From: a candidate division FCPU426 bacterium
GTDB lineage: Bacteria; Oederibacteriota; Muellerivitia; Muellerivitales; Muellerivitaceae
Length of the DNA stretch: 64,000 nt
Direction: 5' to 3'
NCBI GenBank assembly: GCA_963847625.1
Contig: CAWKAR010000045.1
Location: 1 to 64,000 of the forward strand
The notes below the pieces were generated by a model. It did no database searches. It saw only the letters and a program-made list of their open reading frames with translations, and was not told the DNA's origin. The translations under genes and the position numbers were made by a program. This document shows positions 36,857 to 47,611 of the stretch, piece by piece. Position 1 is the first letter of the stretch. Each line of letters starts with the position of its first letter.

Positions 36857-37852
36857 ATGAGAATAGGCATCCTGGGAAGCGGAAGCTGGGGAACGGCGTT
36901 ATCTTCACTTCTCCATAAAGCAGGCCATGATCTAAGTCTGTGGGCTTTTGATCAAAAGGAATTTAAGATCTTGAGCGAGAAAAGGGAAAATCCTCTCCTC
37001 CCAGGGATCGTCTTAAGCTCAAAGGTTTTAATCACGGATGACATCAAGAAGGCTTTGGCGGGCCGGGAGGGAATCGTCGTGGCTGTGCCTTCGCACGCTA
37101 TCCGCTCCACGGCTGGATTGGCCGCTTCCGCCTGGCCTCCTTCCACCTGGGCCGTCTGCGTGAGCAAGGGTTTGGAAATGGATAGCCGGTTGCGGCTAAG
37201 TCAGGTCCTCCAGCAAACCCTTCCCCCAGGGACGCCCATCGGCGTGTTATCCGGGCCGAGCCACGCCGAGGAGGTTTCCGTGGAAATGCCGACCACCGTC
37301 GTGGCCGCTTCCGAAGATTCGAATATGGCCGAGAAGATTCAAAAGGTCTTCCATACGGAGTATTTTCGTGTATATACCTCTCAGGATGTCCTGGGAGTGG
37401 AGTTGGGGGGGTCCCTGAAAAATATTATAGCCATCGCCGCTGGTATCTTGGATGGGATGGGATTGGGCGACAACACCAAGGCGGCCCTGATGACAAGGGG
37501 CCTCTACGAAATCACCAAGATGGGAGTGGCCATGGGAGCCAAGCCGGAGACTTTTTCAGGGCTGGCCGGAATGGGTGATTTGGTGGTCACCTGCATCAGC
37601 CATCACAGCCGCAATCGCTTATTAGGCGAGAAAATAGGGAAAGGCATACCACCGGCCCAGGCTATGAAGGAAATGACGATGGTGGCGGAGGGCGTGAAGA
37701 CCTCCAAAGCCGCCTTGGCCATGGCCCGGGACCTGGGTGTGGAGGTCCCCATCACCCAGGAGGTCTACCAAGTTCTTTTCGAAAATAAACCGGTTCGGGA
37801 GGCCATTTCCAGCCTTCTGTCGAGATCGGCCAAGCCCGAGAATATGATTTAA
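36857..37852 (+). CDS. gpsA: NAD(P)H-dependent glycerol-3-phosphate dehydrogenase
   Basis: GSGSWGTAL, SGPSHAEEV, LKNIIAIAAG, GDLVVTC...SRN. Confidence 0.96.
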   Translation: MRIGILGSGSWGTALSSLLHKAGHDLSLWAFDQKEFKILSEKRENPLLPGIVLSSKVLITDDIKKALAGREGIVVAVPSHAIRSTAGLAASAWPPSTWAVCVSKGLEMDSRLRLSQVLQQTLPPGTPIGVLSGPSHAEEVSVEMPTTVVAASEDSNMAEKIQKVFHTEYFRVYTSQDVLGVELGGSLKNIIAIAAGILDGMGLGDNTKAALMTRGLYEITKMGVAMGAKPETFSGLAGMGDLVVTCISHHSRNRLLGEKIGKGIPPAQAMKEMTMVAEGVKTSKAALAMARDLGVEVPITQEVYQVLFENKPVREAISSLLSRSAKPENMI

Positions 37853-37860
37853 GGAATCGC

Positions 37861-38151
37861 ATGAAACGGAAAGATATTCTGAACCAATTGACCCGGCTGG
37901 GTTTGACAAAGAACCAGGCCCAAATGGCCGTGGACGGTTTTTTTAATTCGATTACGGACGCCTTGCGGGCAGGAAAAAAAGTTTCTATAGTGGGATTGGG
38001 AAGCTGGGAATGGAAAAGCCGGCCCGCGCGTCAGGCCCGGAATCCTAGGACCGGCAAGGTGGTCCAACTCCTGGCCCGCAAAACCTTGGTTTTCAAACCT
38101 AGCCAATTGATTAAAGACAAATTGAACGCTGATCACAAAATGAGCAAATAA
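37861..38151 (+). CDS. HU/IHF-family DNA-binding protein
   Basis: RPARQARNPRTG...FKPS. Confidence 0.93.
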   Translation: MKRKDILNQLTRLGLTKNQAQMAVDGFFNSITDALRAGKKVSIVGLGSWEWKSRPARQARNPRTGKVVQLLARKTLVFKPSQLIKDKLNADHKMSK

Positions 38152-38167
38152 ATCCTGAGGACCTGGA

Positions 38168-38659
38168 ATGGAAGAAAAGCTTTTTTACACCATCGGAGAG
38201 GCTTCCAAGTATGTCGATGTCAAGCCTTACGTCCTGCGGTATTGGGAAACTGAATTCCGGAAGCTGAACCCCCAGAAGTCCGTCACCGGGCAGCGGACCT
38301 ACCGGAAAAAGGACATTCAAATGGCTTTAACCATCCGGCGGCTGCTTTACGAGGAGAAATACACCATCGCAGGAGCCATCCAAAAATTGGAAGAACTCGA
38401 GAAAGAGGGATTGGATCCATTCGTTCCTACCGCCGAGGAAAACGCCTCTGAGATTGAAAATGTTCCCGCGCGGAATGCGGAAACGGTGGAAGAAAAAACG
38501 AACGTGGAAAAAAGAACCGAGGAGTCGGGAAATGCGGATGGACCCGTGGGAAAAGAACTAAAATCCAAATCTCCGTCCTATTCTCCTGAGAAAGTAAAGG
38601 AACTTTTCAAACTTATCACCGAGTCGAAAAACATCCTCGGGAAATATCCCTTAGCTTGA
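38168..38659 (+). CDS. MerR-family transcriptional regulator (type usually found after ihfA)
   Basis: YTIGEAS...[14 protein letters not shown]...GQR.Y. Confidence 0.9.
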   Translation: MEEKLFYTIGEASKYVDVKPYVLRYWETEFRKLNPQKSVTGQRTYRKKDIQMALTIRRLLYEEKYTIAGAIQKLEELEKEGLDPFVPTAEENASEIENVPARNAETVEEKTNVEKRTEESGNADGPVGKELKSKSPSYSPEKVKELFKLITESKNILGKYPLA

Positions 38660-38821
38660 GATTTCAATCAGTTGGCACCCTTTTTCTTGAAGATGGTTAT
38701 TTTTTGGCCTATAGTATGCAGTCAATCAAGGGAAGGTCACTATTTCCCCTTTTTGGGCTGGAAATCCGACGTAGTTGGGTTAGGGACCAAGAAGATGTTA
38801 TCGTCCCGGGGTATCTTTGGG

Positions 38822-38898
<77 letters not shown>

Positions 38899-38946
38899 GG
38901 ATATCGAGTCCGGTAAAAAACCTATAAAACGCTATTGGTCGGTTAT

Positions 38947-39023
38947 CGGGGCGTGGCGCAGCTCGGTAGCGCAGTTGCATGGGGTGCAAAAGGTCGCAGG
39001 TTCAAATCCTGCCGCCCCGACCA
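38947..39023 (+). tRNA. tRNA-Pro(GGG)
   Basis: Cloverleaf; anticodon loop ATGGGGT; GGTTCAAATCC; encoded CCA. Confidence 0.95.
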
Positions 39024-39196
39024 TTGTTGTTGGATAAGTTGTTATTGTTTCGTCAGTGTTTTCCTGCCTGAAGTTTTTCCAACCCTTTTAAAACCCCTTT
39101 TTCTTGTTATTTTTCATCGATGAGTCAAAAATAGGCCAGTTTCGTTCAAAAAACTGACAATATAACCCTTATTTTTTCATTGGAAGGAGTTCCACG

Positions 39197-39472
39197 ATGC
39201 CGATGGGTCTTTCAGCAGTTGTCCATGGCCAGGTTCAGGGGGTTGGATTCCGATATTTCGCTAAAACAAGGGCAGATAACCTCGGGTTGAACGGTTGGGT
39301 TTGTAATTTAGGCGATGGTACGGTTGAAATCATGGCAGTCGGAAATCCTTCGGATTTGGAACGGTTTTTGCAGGAAGTAAACAGAGGGCCTCTAGGGAGT
39401 TGGGTCGAGAAAGTGGATTTTCAATGGATTGAGGAACCCTCGTCTTATACAGGTTTTAACATTAAGGGTTGA
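39197..39472 (+). CDS. acyP: Acylphosphatase
   Basis: VHGQVQGVGFRY, GWVCNLGDGTVE. Confidence 0.94.
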   Translation: MPMGLSAVVHGQVQGVGFRYFAKTRADNLGLNGWVCNLGDGTVEIMAVGNPSDLERFLQEVNRGPLGSWVEKVDFQWIEEPSSYTGFNIKG

Positions 39473-40446
39473 AAATGGCCAAAAAAGCGGAATTAAAACA
39501 CAGACATAAAACCAAACCGCGAAAAATGAGAATATCCCCCCTGATTCCCATCGCTGAAAAATCAATAAAAAAATTAGCTCCAATTTCCAAGCAAGAAAGA
39601 GTCACCACTGACAGCCTTAAGCTTTATTTTCGAGAAATTTCCAGGGTTCCCCTGCTTACGGCAAAGGAGGAAGTAGACCTTTCCAAGCGGATTGAAAAGG
39701 GCGATTTGAAAGCCAAACAAAAGCTGATCGCGTCGAATCTGCGCCTTGTCATCAACGTGGCTAAAAGATACATGAACCAGGGCTTGGCTTTCCAAGACCT
39801 CATTGAGGAAGGAAACCTGGGTTTGATCAAGGCCAGCGAGAAATTTTCCTGGCGACGGGGATTTAAGTTCAGCACCTACGCGACTTGGTGGATCCGGCAA
39901 GCTATCACGCGGGCCCTTTCCAACCATTCTCGGACCGTCCGGGTCCCAGTCCACGTATCCGAGGATATTAACCGTTTCAGCCGCATCTCCAGGGATCTGA
40001 TCCGTAAGCTGGGAAGGGATCCCAGTTTGTTGGAGCTTTCCAAGGCCGCTCGGCTCAAATACGATAAGATCCATAAGTTGCAGACTATGGGTTTAAGGGA
40101 CATTTCACTTGAAGTCCAGGTGGGGGACGAATCCAATTCCCAATCCGTTGGAGATTTTATCGAGGACCGTTCCAACAACAGTCCAGCCCAAAACGTTTTC
40201 GACCAGCTTCGAAGCGAGAAACTGAAAAGGCTTATCCAAAACCTCAACGAGAAGGAGCAAAAGGTCATCCTGATGCGCTTCGGTTTCGACCGGGATCAAC
40301 CTAAAACTTTGGAACAAACTGGAAACATTTTAGGGGTGACGCGCGAACGCATCCGTCAAATCGAGGAAAAAGCCCTTAAAAAAATCCGAGTCCTAATGAA
40401 ATCCCAGAACCAAGAATATCGTGAACTTTTGGACGAATTTGTGTAA
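39469..40446 (+). CDS. Sigma70-family sigma factor, RpoS/group 2-like (no region 1.1)
   Basis: DSLKLYFREI, NLRLV, DLIEEGNLGL, KFSTYATWWIRQ, TRERIRQIE. Confidence 0.92.
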   Translation: MKMAKKAELKHRHKTKPRKMRISPLIPIAEKSIKKLAPISKQERVTTDSLKLYFREISRVPLLTAKEEVDLSKRIEKGDLKAKQKLIASNLRLVINVAKRYMNQGLAFQDLIEEGNLGLIKASEKFSWRRGFKFSTYATWWIRQAITRALSNHSRTVRVPVHVSEDINRFSRISRDLIRKLGRDPSLLELSKAARLKYDKIHKLQTMGLRDISLEVQVGDESNSQSVGDFIEDRSNNSPAQNVFDQLRSEKLKRLIQNLNEKEQKVILMRFGFDRDQPKTLEQTGNILGVTRERIRQIEEKALKKIRVLMKSQNQEYRELLDEFV

Positions 40447-40515
40447 TATTGGTCCCCGGCAAAGCCCTTCAGCCTCTGAATAAATTTTTAAAACAATACC
40501 CAAAAAAGGTGTGCC

Positions 40516-41028
40516 ATGGACCTGAAAAGTTTTATCCGGGACATCCCCGATTACCCAAAAAAAGGGGTTGTATTTAAGGATATCACCCCGTTGCTTCGGG
40601 ATCCGAAAGCCCTCCAATACGCCATCGACCGGATGGCCGAGCGGTACAAAGGCTCCAATATCAAATCCGTGGTTGCGATGGAATCCCGCGGTTTTATTTT
40701 CGGCGGGGCTTTGGCGGTCAAGTTGGGGGCCGGGTTCATCCCTGTCCGCAAACCTAAGAAGCTTCCCTGGAAGACCTTCCAAGAAACCTATGACCTGGAA
40801 TACGGGACGGATACCTTGGAAATCCATCAGGACGCGGTATCCCCGGGGGACAGGATTTTAGTTCTGGATGACGTTCTGGCCACCGGAGGAACCGCCGCGG
40901 CTGCCATCCGGCTGGTGGAAAGGGCTGGCGGCAAAGTCGTGGAAGCCTGCTTCCTCATCCATTTGGGTTTCCTGAACGGCCAGCAAAAATTGAAAAGCAT
41001 CCCCTTCTTTTCTATAATCCAATATTGA
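40516..41028 (+). CDS. apt: Adenine phosphoribosyltransferase
   Basis: PDYPKKGVVFKDIT, ESRGF, YDLEYG, LDDVLATGGT. Confidence 0.96.
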   Translation: MDLKSFIRDIPDYPKKGVVFKDITPLLRDPKALQYAIDRMAERYKGSNIKSVVAMESRGFIFGGALAVKLGAGFIPVRKPKKLPWKTFQETYDLEYGTDTLEIHQDAVSPGDRILVLDDVLATGGTAAAAIRLVERAGGKVVEACFLIHLGFLNGQQKLKSIPFFSIIQY

Positions 41029-41063
41029 TCCCGTTTTTCCTCCCTTAAGAGGTAGAGGCGGAG

Positions 41064-41140
41064 GCCCTCGTAGCTCAGTTGGATAGAGCGACCCTTTCCT
41101 AAAGGGTAGGTCACGCGTTCGATTCGCGTCGAGGGTACCA
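41064..41140 (+). tRNA. tRNA-Arg(CCT)
   Basis: Anticodon arm ACCCT-TTCCTAA-AGGGT; GTTCGATTC; encoded CCA. Confidence 0.95.
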
Positions 41141-41146
41141 TCGGAT

Positions 41147-41179
41147 GAGGCCTTCCCAGAAGGGAAGGCTTCGCTTTTT
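41147..41179 (+). terminator. Rho-independent terminator after tRNA-Arg
   Basis: GAGGCCTTCCC-agaa-GGGAAGGCTTC followed by a T run. Confidence 0.75.
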
Positions 41180-41205
41180 GCGCTATTCCATTTGAAAGGA
41201 AAATT

Positions 41206-41901
41206 ATGACAAGCCCTTTGCAGTCCCTTCCCGACCTGCCGTCGGAAAAATCCGGCCCTAAGTGGCTGGTTTGGGCCAAGGCTCATCAAGAAATCATCGC
41301 CGTCATCGGAATCTTGATCATCCTCATGTGTGTGGGGATCCCCTATTACCTCCACAGCGTTGAGCAAAGCGAAAAGGACGCGACCCAGGCTTTAAACCTC
41401 GGCCAGTACTATCTTCATTCCGCGGTGGATCCCAAGAACGGTCCATTCAAGACCAACCAGGAAAAAGACCAGCAGGCACTGCAAGCTTTTCAAAGGATCA
41501 CGACAGACTATTCCGGAACCCGCGCCGCCAAAATTGCCAGATTTTACGTGGCCAAATGCCAATTTTTTCTGGGCCAGTTCAATTTAGCCTATGCCAGCTT
41601 CGATTTTGCCGTCCAGGAGCTCAAGGATACTCCCTTGGGAGAGGAGTCTTATCTCGGCAAAGTCCTTTGCTTGGAATCCCAAAGCCAATGGACTCAGGCC
41701 ATCACTTTGCTGGAGACCCGCCTCAAGCTAAAACCGGATAGTTATCTCGTGCCGGAGATGCTGTTAAGGCTGGCCAATTGCTACCTCAAAACCCAAAACA
41801 AACTAAAAGCCATGGAGGTTCTCGGCAAAACCGCTGAAACCTACAAGAATTCCGATTGGGGGAAGGAAGCCGCAAGGCGATTGGAAGCCTTAAAATCCTG
41901 A
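41206..41901 (+). CDS. YfgM-like membrane-anchored TPR protein
   Basis: Single N-terminal TM followed by TPR helices. Confidence 0.8.
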   Translation: MTSPLQSLPDLPSEKSGPKWLVWAKAHQEIIAVIGILIILMCVGIPYYLHSVEQSEKDATQALNLGQYYLHSAVDPKNGPFKTNQEKDQQALQAFQRITTDYSGTRAAKIARFYVAKCQFFLGQFNLAYASFDFAVQELKDTPLGEESYLGKVLCLESQSQWTQAITLLETRLKLKPDSYLVPEMLLRLANCYLKTQNKLKAMEVLGKTAETYKNSDWGKEAARRLEALKS

Positions 41902-41943
41902 TAGCATTCCCGGGCGCGCGCTGAAAAAACCCTTCAAACATTT

Positions 41944-43107
41944 TTAGAAGCTTGAAAGTTGACGAATCAAACGCTTTAGGCCTTCCTTGAAAATTTCTTT
42001 TTCGGGTAGCAGACTGACCACCAGGAAAAAACCCGAGGGAAAATCGTAAAAACTCCCCGGTTGGACCAGAACTTTTTGTTTTTCGATTAATTGGATGATG
42101 AAACTTTCCTCGTCTTGGGGGCAATCTTTCAGCCCGACCAGGGCGTACCATCCGCCCTCCGCAGGCCAGACTTGGGCTAATTTTTCCCGGCCGTTTAAGC
42201 AGGTTTCCAAGAGCGCACGATTGCCTTGAACCCTGTCTAAAAGTTGTTTTTGAAACGAGGGAGCGGTTTCTAGGAGCTTCTTGAGGCCCAATTGAACCGG
42301 CGTATTTACCGAAAGATAAGTATCCGCGATAAATTCTAGACGGTCACGGCATTCCTCTAAGAGTTTCTCGGGTCCGTGGAGGCTAATCCAAGAGAGCTTC
42401 AATTGGGGCAATCCCAGGCTTTTCGAAAGGCCGCCCAGCCGGAAGGTGAGAGTGTCGGAATCCAGCGGTTGAAAAGTGAGGACCTTGGCATAAGAGAATT
42501 CGAAAAACACTTCATCTAATAGAAGGGCCATTTGGTGTTTTTGGCATATCTGCGAAAAGAATTGGTACTCTGGGGACTTGAGGTAGCAACCGGTCGGATT
42601 ATTAGGATTGACGAAGGCGATCAAACGACTGTGGGGTTGAACGGAAGCTTCTAGGGACTTCAAATCGACCGGCCAACCCGGTTTTGGAAAGAGGGGGTAG
42701 GGAATGGTCCGGACCCCGTCCATCCGGGTTAAATGGTCCAGAAGTGGATAGCCCGGCGCCGGAACAAGGATGGAATCGCCGGGGTTCGCTAGGAGCTTGA
42801 ATAGATAGGAATAGGCCTCACTCGTGCTGGATGTCAGGATGATATTCTCGGCTGTGACCTTTTCCCCACGAGCCCCCAAGTAAACTGATAAAATTTCCCG
42901 GGCTTTTAAAAGTCCGAAGGGATGGGGATCATAGACCTTCCCGGCGGGATCTTGGAGAACGCTGAGAAGTTCATCCGAGTATTTAAACCCGCAACGGGTG
43001 GGATTGGATTGGGTCAAGTCTAATACGTTGCTGAGGCCGACTTTTTCCAGGATACTTGCGATCCGGTTCTGGGATAAATCCCCAGGTGTTCGGCTTGAAA
43101 AGCGCAT
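41944..43107 (-). CDS. PLP-dependent aminotransferase class I/II
   Basis: NPNNPTG, DEVF, GLSKSLGLPQLK. Confidence 0.92.
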   Translation of the reverse strand: MRFSSRTPGDLSQNRIASILEKVGLSNVLDLTQSNPTRCGFKYSDELLSVLQDPAGKVYDPHPFGLLKAREILSVYLGARGEKVTAENIILTSSTSEAYSYLFKLLANPGDSILVPAPGYPLLDHLTRMDGVRTIPYPLFPKPGWPVDLKSLEASVQPHSRLIAFVNPNNPTGCYLKSPEYQFFSQICQKHQMALLLDEVFFEFSYAKVLTFQPLDSDTLTFRLGGLSKSLGLPQLKLSWISLHGPEKLLEECRDRLEFIADTYLSVNTPVQLGLKKLLETAPSFQKQLLDRVQGNRALLETCLNGREKLAQVWPAEGGWYALVGLKDCPQDEESFIIQLIEKQKVLVQPGSFYDFPSGFFLVVSLLPEKEIFKEGLKRLIRQLSSF

Positions 43108-43259
43108 AAAGTCATCCTGGAATTGAGAAATTGGAAGCCGGATTTGAAAGCCAGATGAGGCGTTCTGGAACTAAGATTGGCCCTGGCCTAATGGCCGCAC
43201 CAACGAAAAAGTTTATGGATAAAAAACGGCTTTTCGGAAAATGAATATGAAGAGTTTCC

Positions 43260-43886
43260 TTATCGCGCCTTTGGATAGATGGAATATGTGCAGTTCAACT
43301 TGACCTTCGCCAGGGTGATCCCCGAAATGGCGGTAATCACATTCCGGGCGGTGAAATTGCCCTCTACCGGACAACGCTTCTCCTTGAGCGCGTACAAGGT
43401 GAATATGTAATGGTGCAACCTCTCGTCGTTCCAAGCCGGTCCCGGCCCGTCGTAACCGAAGTAATTGCCTTCCATGTTTGGATTACCTTTGAACCAGTTG
43501 GTGTAATCATTCAATCCTTGGCGCATTCCCCGCGGGCCCTGGGGCCCGGGTTTGCCCTTGGCCGTCACTTCCTTACTGAATTCCCCCGATTGAATGGGAG
43601 ACCCTTTTGGAGGAATATCCACTAAAACCCAATGAAAAAAATTGACCCGCGGAAAATCAAAAGGAATGGTCTTATCAATCTTGTTTGCGTATTCCTTGCT
43701 GGCGGGGGCGTCAAGGTCCTGAACGATTAATGCCAGGGATTTTGTCTCCGGGGGCAGATCGCCCCAGGCGAGATGTGGATTCCGGTTTTTTGATAGAGCG
43801 GCATGCTGAGTGGGATGAGGTGTGAAAAAAGTAAAATCCGGCCGAATCTGGGAACCTTCACTAAAACTGTCGCTCCATAGTTTCAT
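43260..43886 (-). CDS. YbhB/YbcL (PEBP/Raf kinase inhibitor-like) protein
   Basis: NPHLAW, DLDAP, FFHWVL, YDGPGP, HHYIFTLYAL. Confidence 0.92.
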   Translation of the reverse strand: MKLWSDSFSEGSQIRPDFTFFTPHPTQHAALSKNRNPHLAWGDLPPETKSLALIVQDLDAPASKEYANKIDKTIPFDFPRVNFFHWVLVDIPPKGSPIQSGEFSKEVTAKGKPGPQGPRGMRQGLNDYTNWFKGNPNMEGNYFGYDGPGPAWNDERLHHYIFTLYALKEKRCPVEGNFTARNVITAISGITLAKVKLNCTYSIYPKAR

Positions 43887-44278
43887 AAGACCTCCATTAT
43901 TTTCACACAGAAATTAATTGTTCGATATTTGTAAAATTCAACTCATAATAAAAGATGTAATAAACAATAGGATAAGATTTTATCATTAAAAGACCTTTCT
44001 TTTTCAATTTGGAATTGAAGAAGAGTTCACCCAATCTGCAAATTTAAGATATTGGCCATTTATACGTGAAAAAGAAGGATTTGGCCCGGAAATTCCTCTT
44101 CGTTTTTGGGATCGAATCATAATTTTAGATAAAGTTTTCATAGGCATTCTTTTCCGGGGTTGTATTTTTAGATAATGATTTGAAGGAATTATTGGATTTT
44201 AAAACGGAGTAAAATGATGGGATTTAGTGCAGGGCAAAATCTTTTAATAAACTGATTATTACTGATTAGAAGGTTTTA

Positions 44279-46210
44279 ATGGTTCAAAAAAAAATATACC
44301 AATTCTTTCTTACTCTTTTTTTGATGGGGACATTCTGGATGTTCTCTACATCGGCATATGGTTTTAACATCCAGAAAAAATCTTTTATGAAAACCATCGC
44401 TGGGCAGCCGACTTTTGCCCCGGGGAAGGTGGTTTTGGAGCTTCCAAAAGGAATGGATTTGGAAAGAGCCGGACAGGAAGTGGAATCGCGTGGATTTATT
44501 GTTACCCGCGCCTCCAAATGGAGCCGGACCCTGGTGGTTTCAGTTCCTGCTGGGGAGGAACTCCGATACGTCGACTATTTCAAAACCGAATTTCATTTTC
44601 GAAGGGTCTTACCGGATTACCTGGGTTTGGCTGATGTAACGAATTACACTCCCTACTCCTATCCCAATGACCCAGCTTACGCTACATATGCTGAAAGTGC
44701 GTCTGGATTAAACGACTGGTATTTGCACCAAGTTGGGATCGACAGGGCCTGGAATGATTCCGATCCTTGGATGGCTACCGCATCAAAAGGCCGGTCCACG
44801 GCCGTTATTGCGGTCATTGACACGGGTATCAATCTCGCTCACGAAGACCTTCCCCTCAATCTTTGGAAAGATCCCATTGGCGGAAATATTGGGGAAAATT
44901 TTGTCGATACTACAGGGGTAACGGATGTTTCGGATACGGACGGCCACGGCACTTGGGTAACGGGAGTCGCTTCGGCTAATACCAATAACAGCCGTGGAGG
45001 CGCCGGTTTTTGCGTCAACTGCACGGTTCTTGTTTTAAAAGCCAGCGACACTGAAAACGCCGGCAGTTATGTTCCTTTTGCCGACGCTATAACTTTTGCG
45101 GTTCAAAACGGGGCGGTGGCCATAAACCTGAGTTGGTCATTTCCGGTCAGTACATTTCAACCCTATACCACAGATGCCTGGAATTCGGGAAGCATCGTGG
45201 TGGCAAGCATGGGAAATACATCAATTAACAACGTTCAAAACACCCCTTTAAGTCCCGCAGCCGACACGTATGCAATAGGGGTTGGGGCCACCGATCCCGA
45301 TAACACTTTGTCACCCTATTCCATTTATGGGTCCTGGGTTGGGATGTGCGCACCGGTGGGTCAGATCATAAATGGCGACGGGGTTTTTACTGATGGTGTC
45401 ACTTGCGGATCCACACCCTGCGGTGATCCCTGCACCAGTTGTTACGTCGTAGCCGATGGTACAAGCTTTTCCTCGATACAGATTTCAGCCATGGTCGCCA
45501 TCTTGGCGGATTTGGGCCTTCCTAATACCGACATCGTCAATCGCTTGTTTAAAACAGCTGATCACCTTGGTCTCCCACCTTATCCAAACACTTTATTTGG
45601 TTGGGGTAACTTGAACGCTTATCGCTGTCTTGCCTCTTGCAGGCCCCCATCAGCACTTCACTCGATTAGTACACCGAACGGAGTGAGTTTGTATTGGTTT
45701 GCGCCCCAAACCACCGCCTTTGCCACAAATTATTATATTGTTCTTCGTTCGTCAACTTCGGGCGGGCCTTATACCCAAATGGGCCAAACGCTCGATGGAA
45801 ACACCACTTATTTTTTCGATTCCAACGCAAGTCCGGGAGTTCATTACTATTATGTCGTTAAGGCTGTTGACAACCAACAGTTGATAACCCTCCCATCCAA
45901 TGAGAGCTATGTCAAAAACACAGAATCGGCCTCTAACTGTGCCGCGATTCTTTATCCCAACCCAATTAAGGGAACCTCACCTGCATGGATCTATTTGCCT
46001 TGCAAACGCACTGGATCCATTCACGTCCAGATTTTCAGCACCGTCTTTCGAAAAGTGAATGATGTTTCACTTGGGCTGGGGAGCTCTGGAAGTTTTGGAC
46101 CGTTGGAACCCAAGGACCAACGAGGTCAACCCTTGGCCAACGGACTGTATTACCTGGTTATTTCGGGGGATGGGAATCGAGTAATCCGGAAATGGATAGT
46201 CCTTAAATAA
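44279..46210 (+). CDS. Secreted S8 subtilisin-like protease with FN3-like and PNP...GLYY C-terminal domains
   Basis: Triad VIDTG / GHGT / DGTSFS; FN3-like W.AP...YYYVVKAVD; LYPNP...LANGLYYLV. Confidence 0.9.
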   Translation: MVQKKIYQFFLTLFLMGTFWMFSTSAYGFNIQKKSFMKTIAGQPTFAPGKVVLELPKGMDLERAGQEVESRGFIVTRASKWSRTLVVSVPAGEELRYVDYFKTEFHFRRVLPDYLGLADVTNYTPYSYPNDPAYATYAESASGLNDWYLHQVGIDRAWNDSDPWMATASKGRSTAVIAVIDTGINLAHEDLPLNLWKDPIGGNIGENFVDTTGVTDVSDTDGHGTWVTGVASANTNNSRGGAGFCVNCTVLVLKASDTENAGSYVPFADAITFAVQNGAVAINLSWSFPVSTFQPYTTDAWNSGSIVVASMGNTSINNVQNTPLSPAADTYAIGVGATDPDNTLSPYSIYGSWVGMCAPVGQIINGDGVFTDGVTCGSTPCGDPCTSCYVVADGTSFSSIQISAMVAILADLGLPNTDIVNRLFKTADHLGLPPYPNTLFGWGNLNAYRCLASCRPPSALHSISTPNGVSLYWFAPQTTAFATNYYIVLRSSTSGGPYTQMGQTLDGNTTYFFDSNASPGVHYYYVVKAVDNQQLITLPSNESYVKNTESASNCAAILYPNPIKGTSPAWIYLPCKRTGSIHVQIFSTVFRKVNDVSLGLGSSGSFGPLEPKDQRGQPLANGLYYLVISGDGNRVIRKWIVLK

Positions 46211-46355
46211 TCCTGATGGGTTCAGAAATAATCGAAGTTGAATGACACGAGGGTATTTGAAACTGAATTAATTAAAGGTTTCGGTTTAAACCTTCTAACT
46301 CACTATGGCTCGTTTTGGATTGACAAGAAACCGGTTGGGAGAAGCGAACAAAATT

Positions 46356-46580
46356 TTAAATTTCCTCAAAAAGTTTGTTAATAGCGCAGCCCAAAGCCTT
46401 GTGAATCTTGACAACATTTTTGAGAGTAATGCTTCTTTCACCGCGTTCCACGAAACCGATGAAATTGGCCGCCAAACCCGACTGGTTGCCCAATTTTTCC
46501 TGGGTCCAGCCGTGTTTTTTACGGATTTTTCGAACATTCTCCCCAAATTTAAAAATGATTTTTTGATCTGATTTTTTCAT
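46356..46580 (-). CDS. XRE-family HTH regulator
   Basis: FGENVRKIRKKHGWTQEKL...IGFVERGER. Confidence 0.88.
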   Translation of the reverse strand: MKKSDQKIIFKFGENVRKIRKKHGWTQEKLGNQSGLAANFIGFVERGERSITLKNVVKIHKALGCAINKLFEEI

Positions 46581-47156
46581 GACTTCATATTAAGAACATT
46601 AGAAGTCGTTTTTCAACCATCCAGGAGTAGTTTTTTTGCCTAATTTCTATTGAAGGTTGAAGGATTTAACCCCGGTTTCACTTGTGGGTTTGGGGAGGAA
46701 TATACAGGACTGGAACTGCAATTTTGAAACTCATGGGGTTATATTGAAAAGATCCTTATCTGATGATTGAAGTTGGCTTATTTATACAAATCAAACAGCT
46801 AAGTGAAGAAACTGGCAGGGTGTCAGGATTAATCCCGGAATGGTATCCTTTCGTAACACATCTACAGGGGATTGGAATTCCAAGCCGGGATTGGTGTTTC
46901 TTGGTGTTAATCTAACCGTATGACATCCCGATCGTTGGTTAAGAGAATCGTTTGACCCCAAATGCATCTCTCTATGTTAGAAATAATCATTTTTACGTTT
47001 TTGTTTTCACTTGAGGTCATCCGCCTTTCGAACCTCAGCCTGTAGTGTTTTTAAGCGTTAAAACAAGATGCTGCTTGATAGGTAAGCTTATCAGGTGCAA
47101 GATATCTTATCGTTCCGATTTCTTTTGCGGATCGGGAGATGAAGGAGTTTGGCCAT

Positions 47157-47429
47157 ATGAAATCCGTTAGATATCCAGAGACGATTTTTTGTGAGGAATG
47201 CAACGGGCATACTCGAATGGTGGACTGCCGGGTTTTGCACCGTAAATCCAAAGGCAAAACACAGATCGAGTTTGATTGTGTTTGCGTGGATTGTGGCCAC
47301 CGGGAATCGGCTGCCAGGGATGCTGAGTTTCTCCATTTCAGCGAAAGGGAATTTTGCGTCGCCAAAGGGCTACCTGACTTTAAGAATAGGGCCAAGGGCG
47401 CCGGAGTGGTTTTCGTTCTTCAAAAATAG
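47157..47429 (+). CDS. Small Cys-rich zinc-ribbon-like protein
   Basis: CEECNG...CVCVDCG; AAGGAG RBS before ATG 47157. Confidence 0.6.
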   Translation: MKSVRYPETIFCEECNGHTRMVDCRVLHRKSKGKTQIEFDCVCVDCGHRESAARDAEFLHFSEREFCVAKGLPDFKNRAKGAGVVFVLQK

Positions 47430-47611
47430 TTTTCTCCATTCTGATTTAAAATCGCCCCCCCTGTTTTGCACATAGCGGATTGCTCAGCTCTACTTAAATT
47501 CGCTTATTTGCCTCGTTAATTTCGCATTTCTGACAAGCGAGGAGAACGTGGTGGAGTGGTTAGTTTAAGCAGCGGAGCCGGTGAACCCACATTGACATTC
47601 CGGGATAAGTC

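Noticed and set aside
41064..47429. Prophage or island integrated at tRNA-Arg
   Set aside because: No integrase, no duplicated tRNA 3' end seen, and flanking genes are ordinary.
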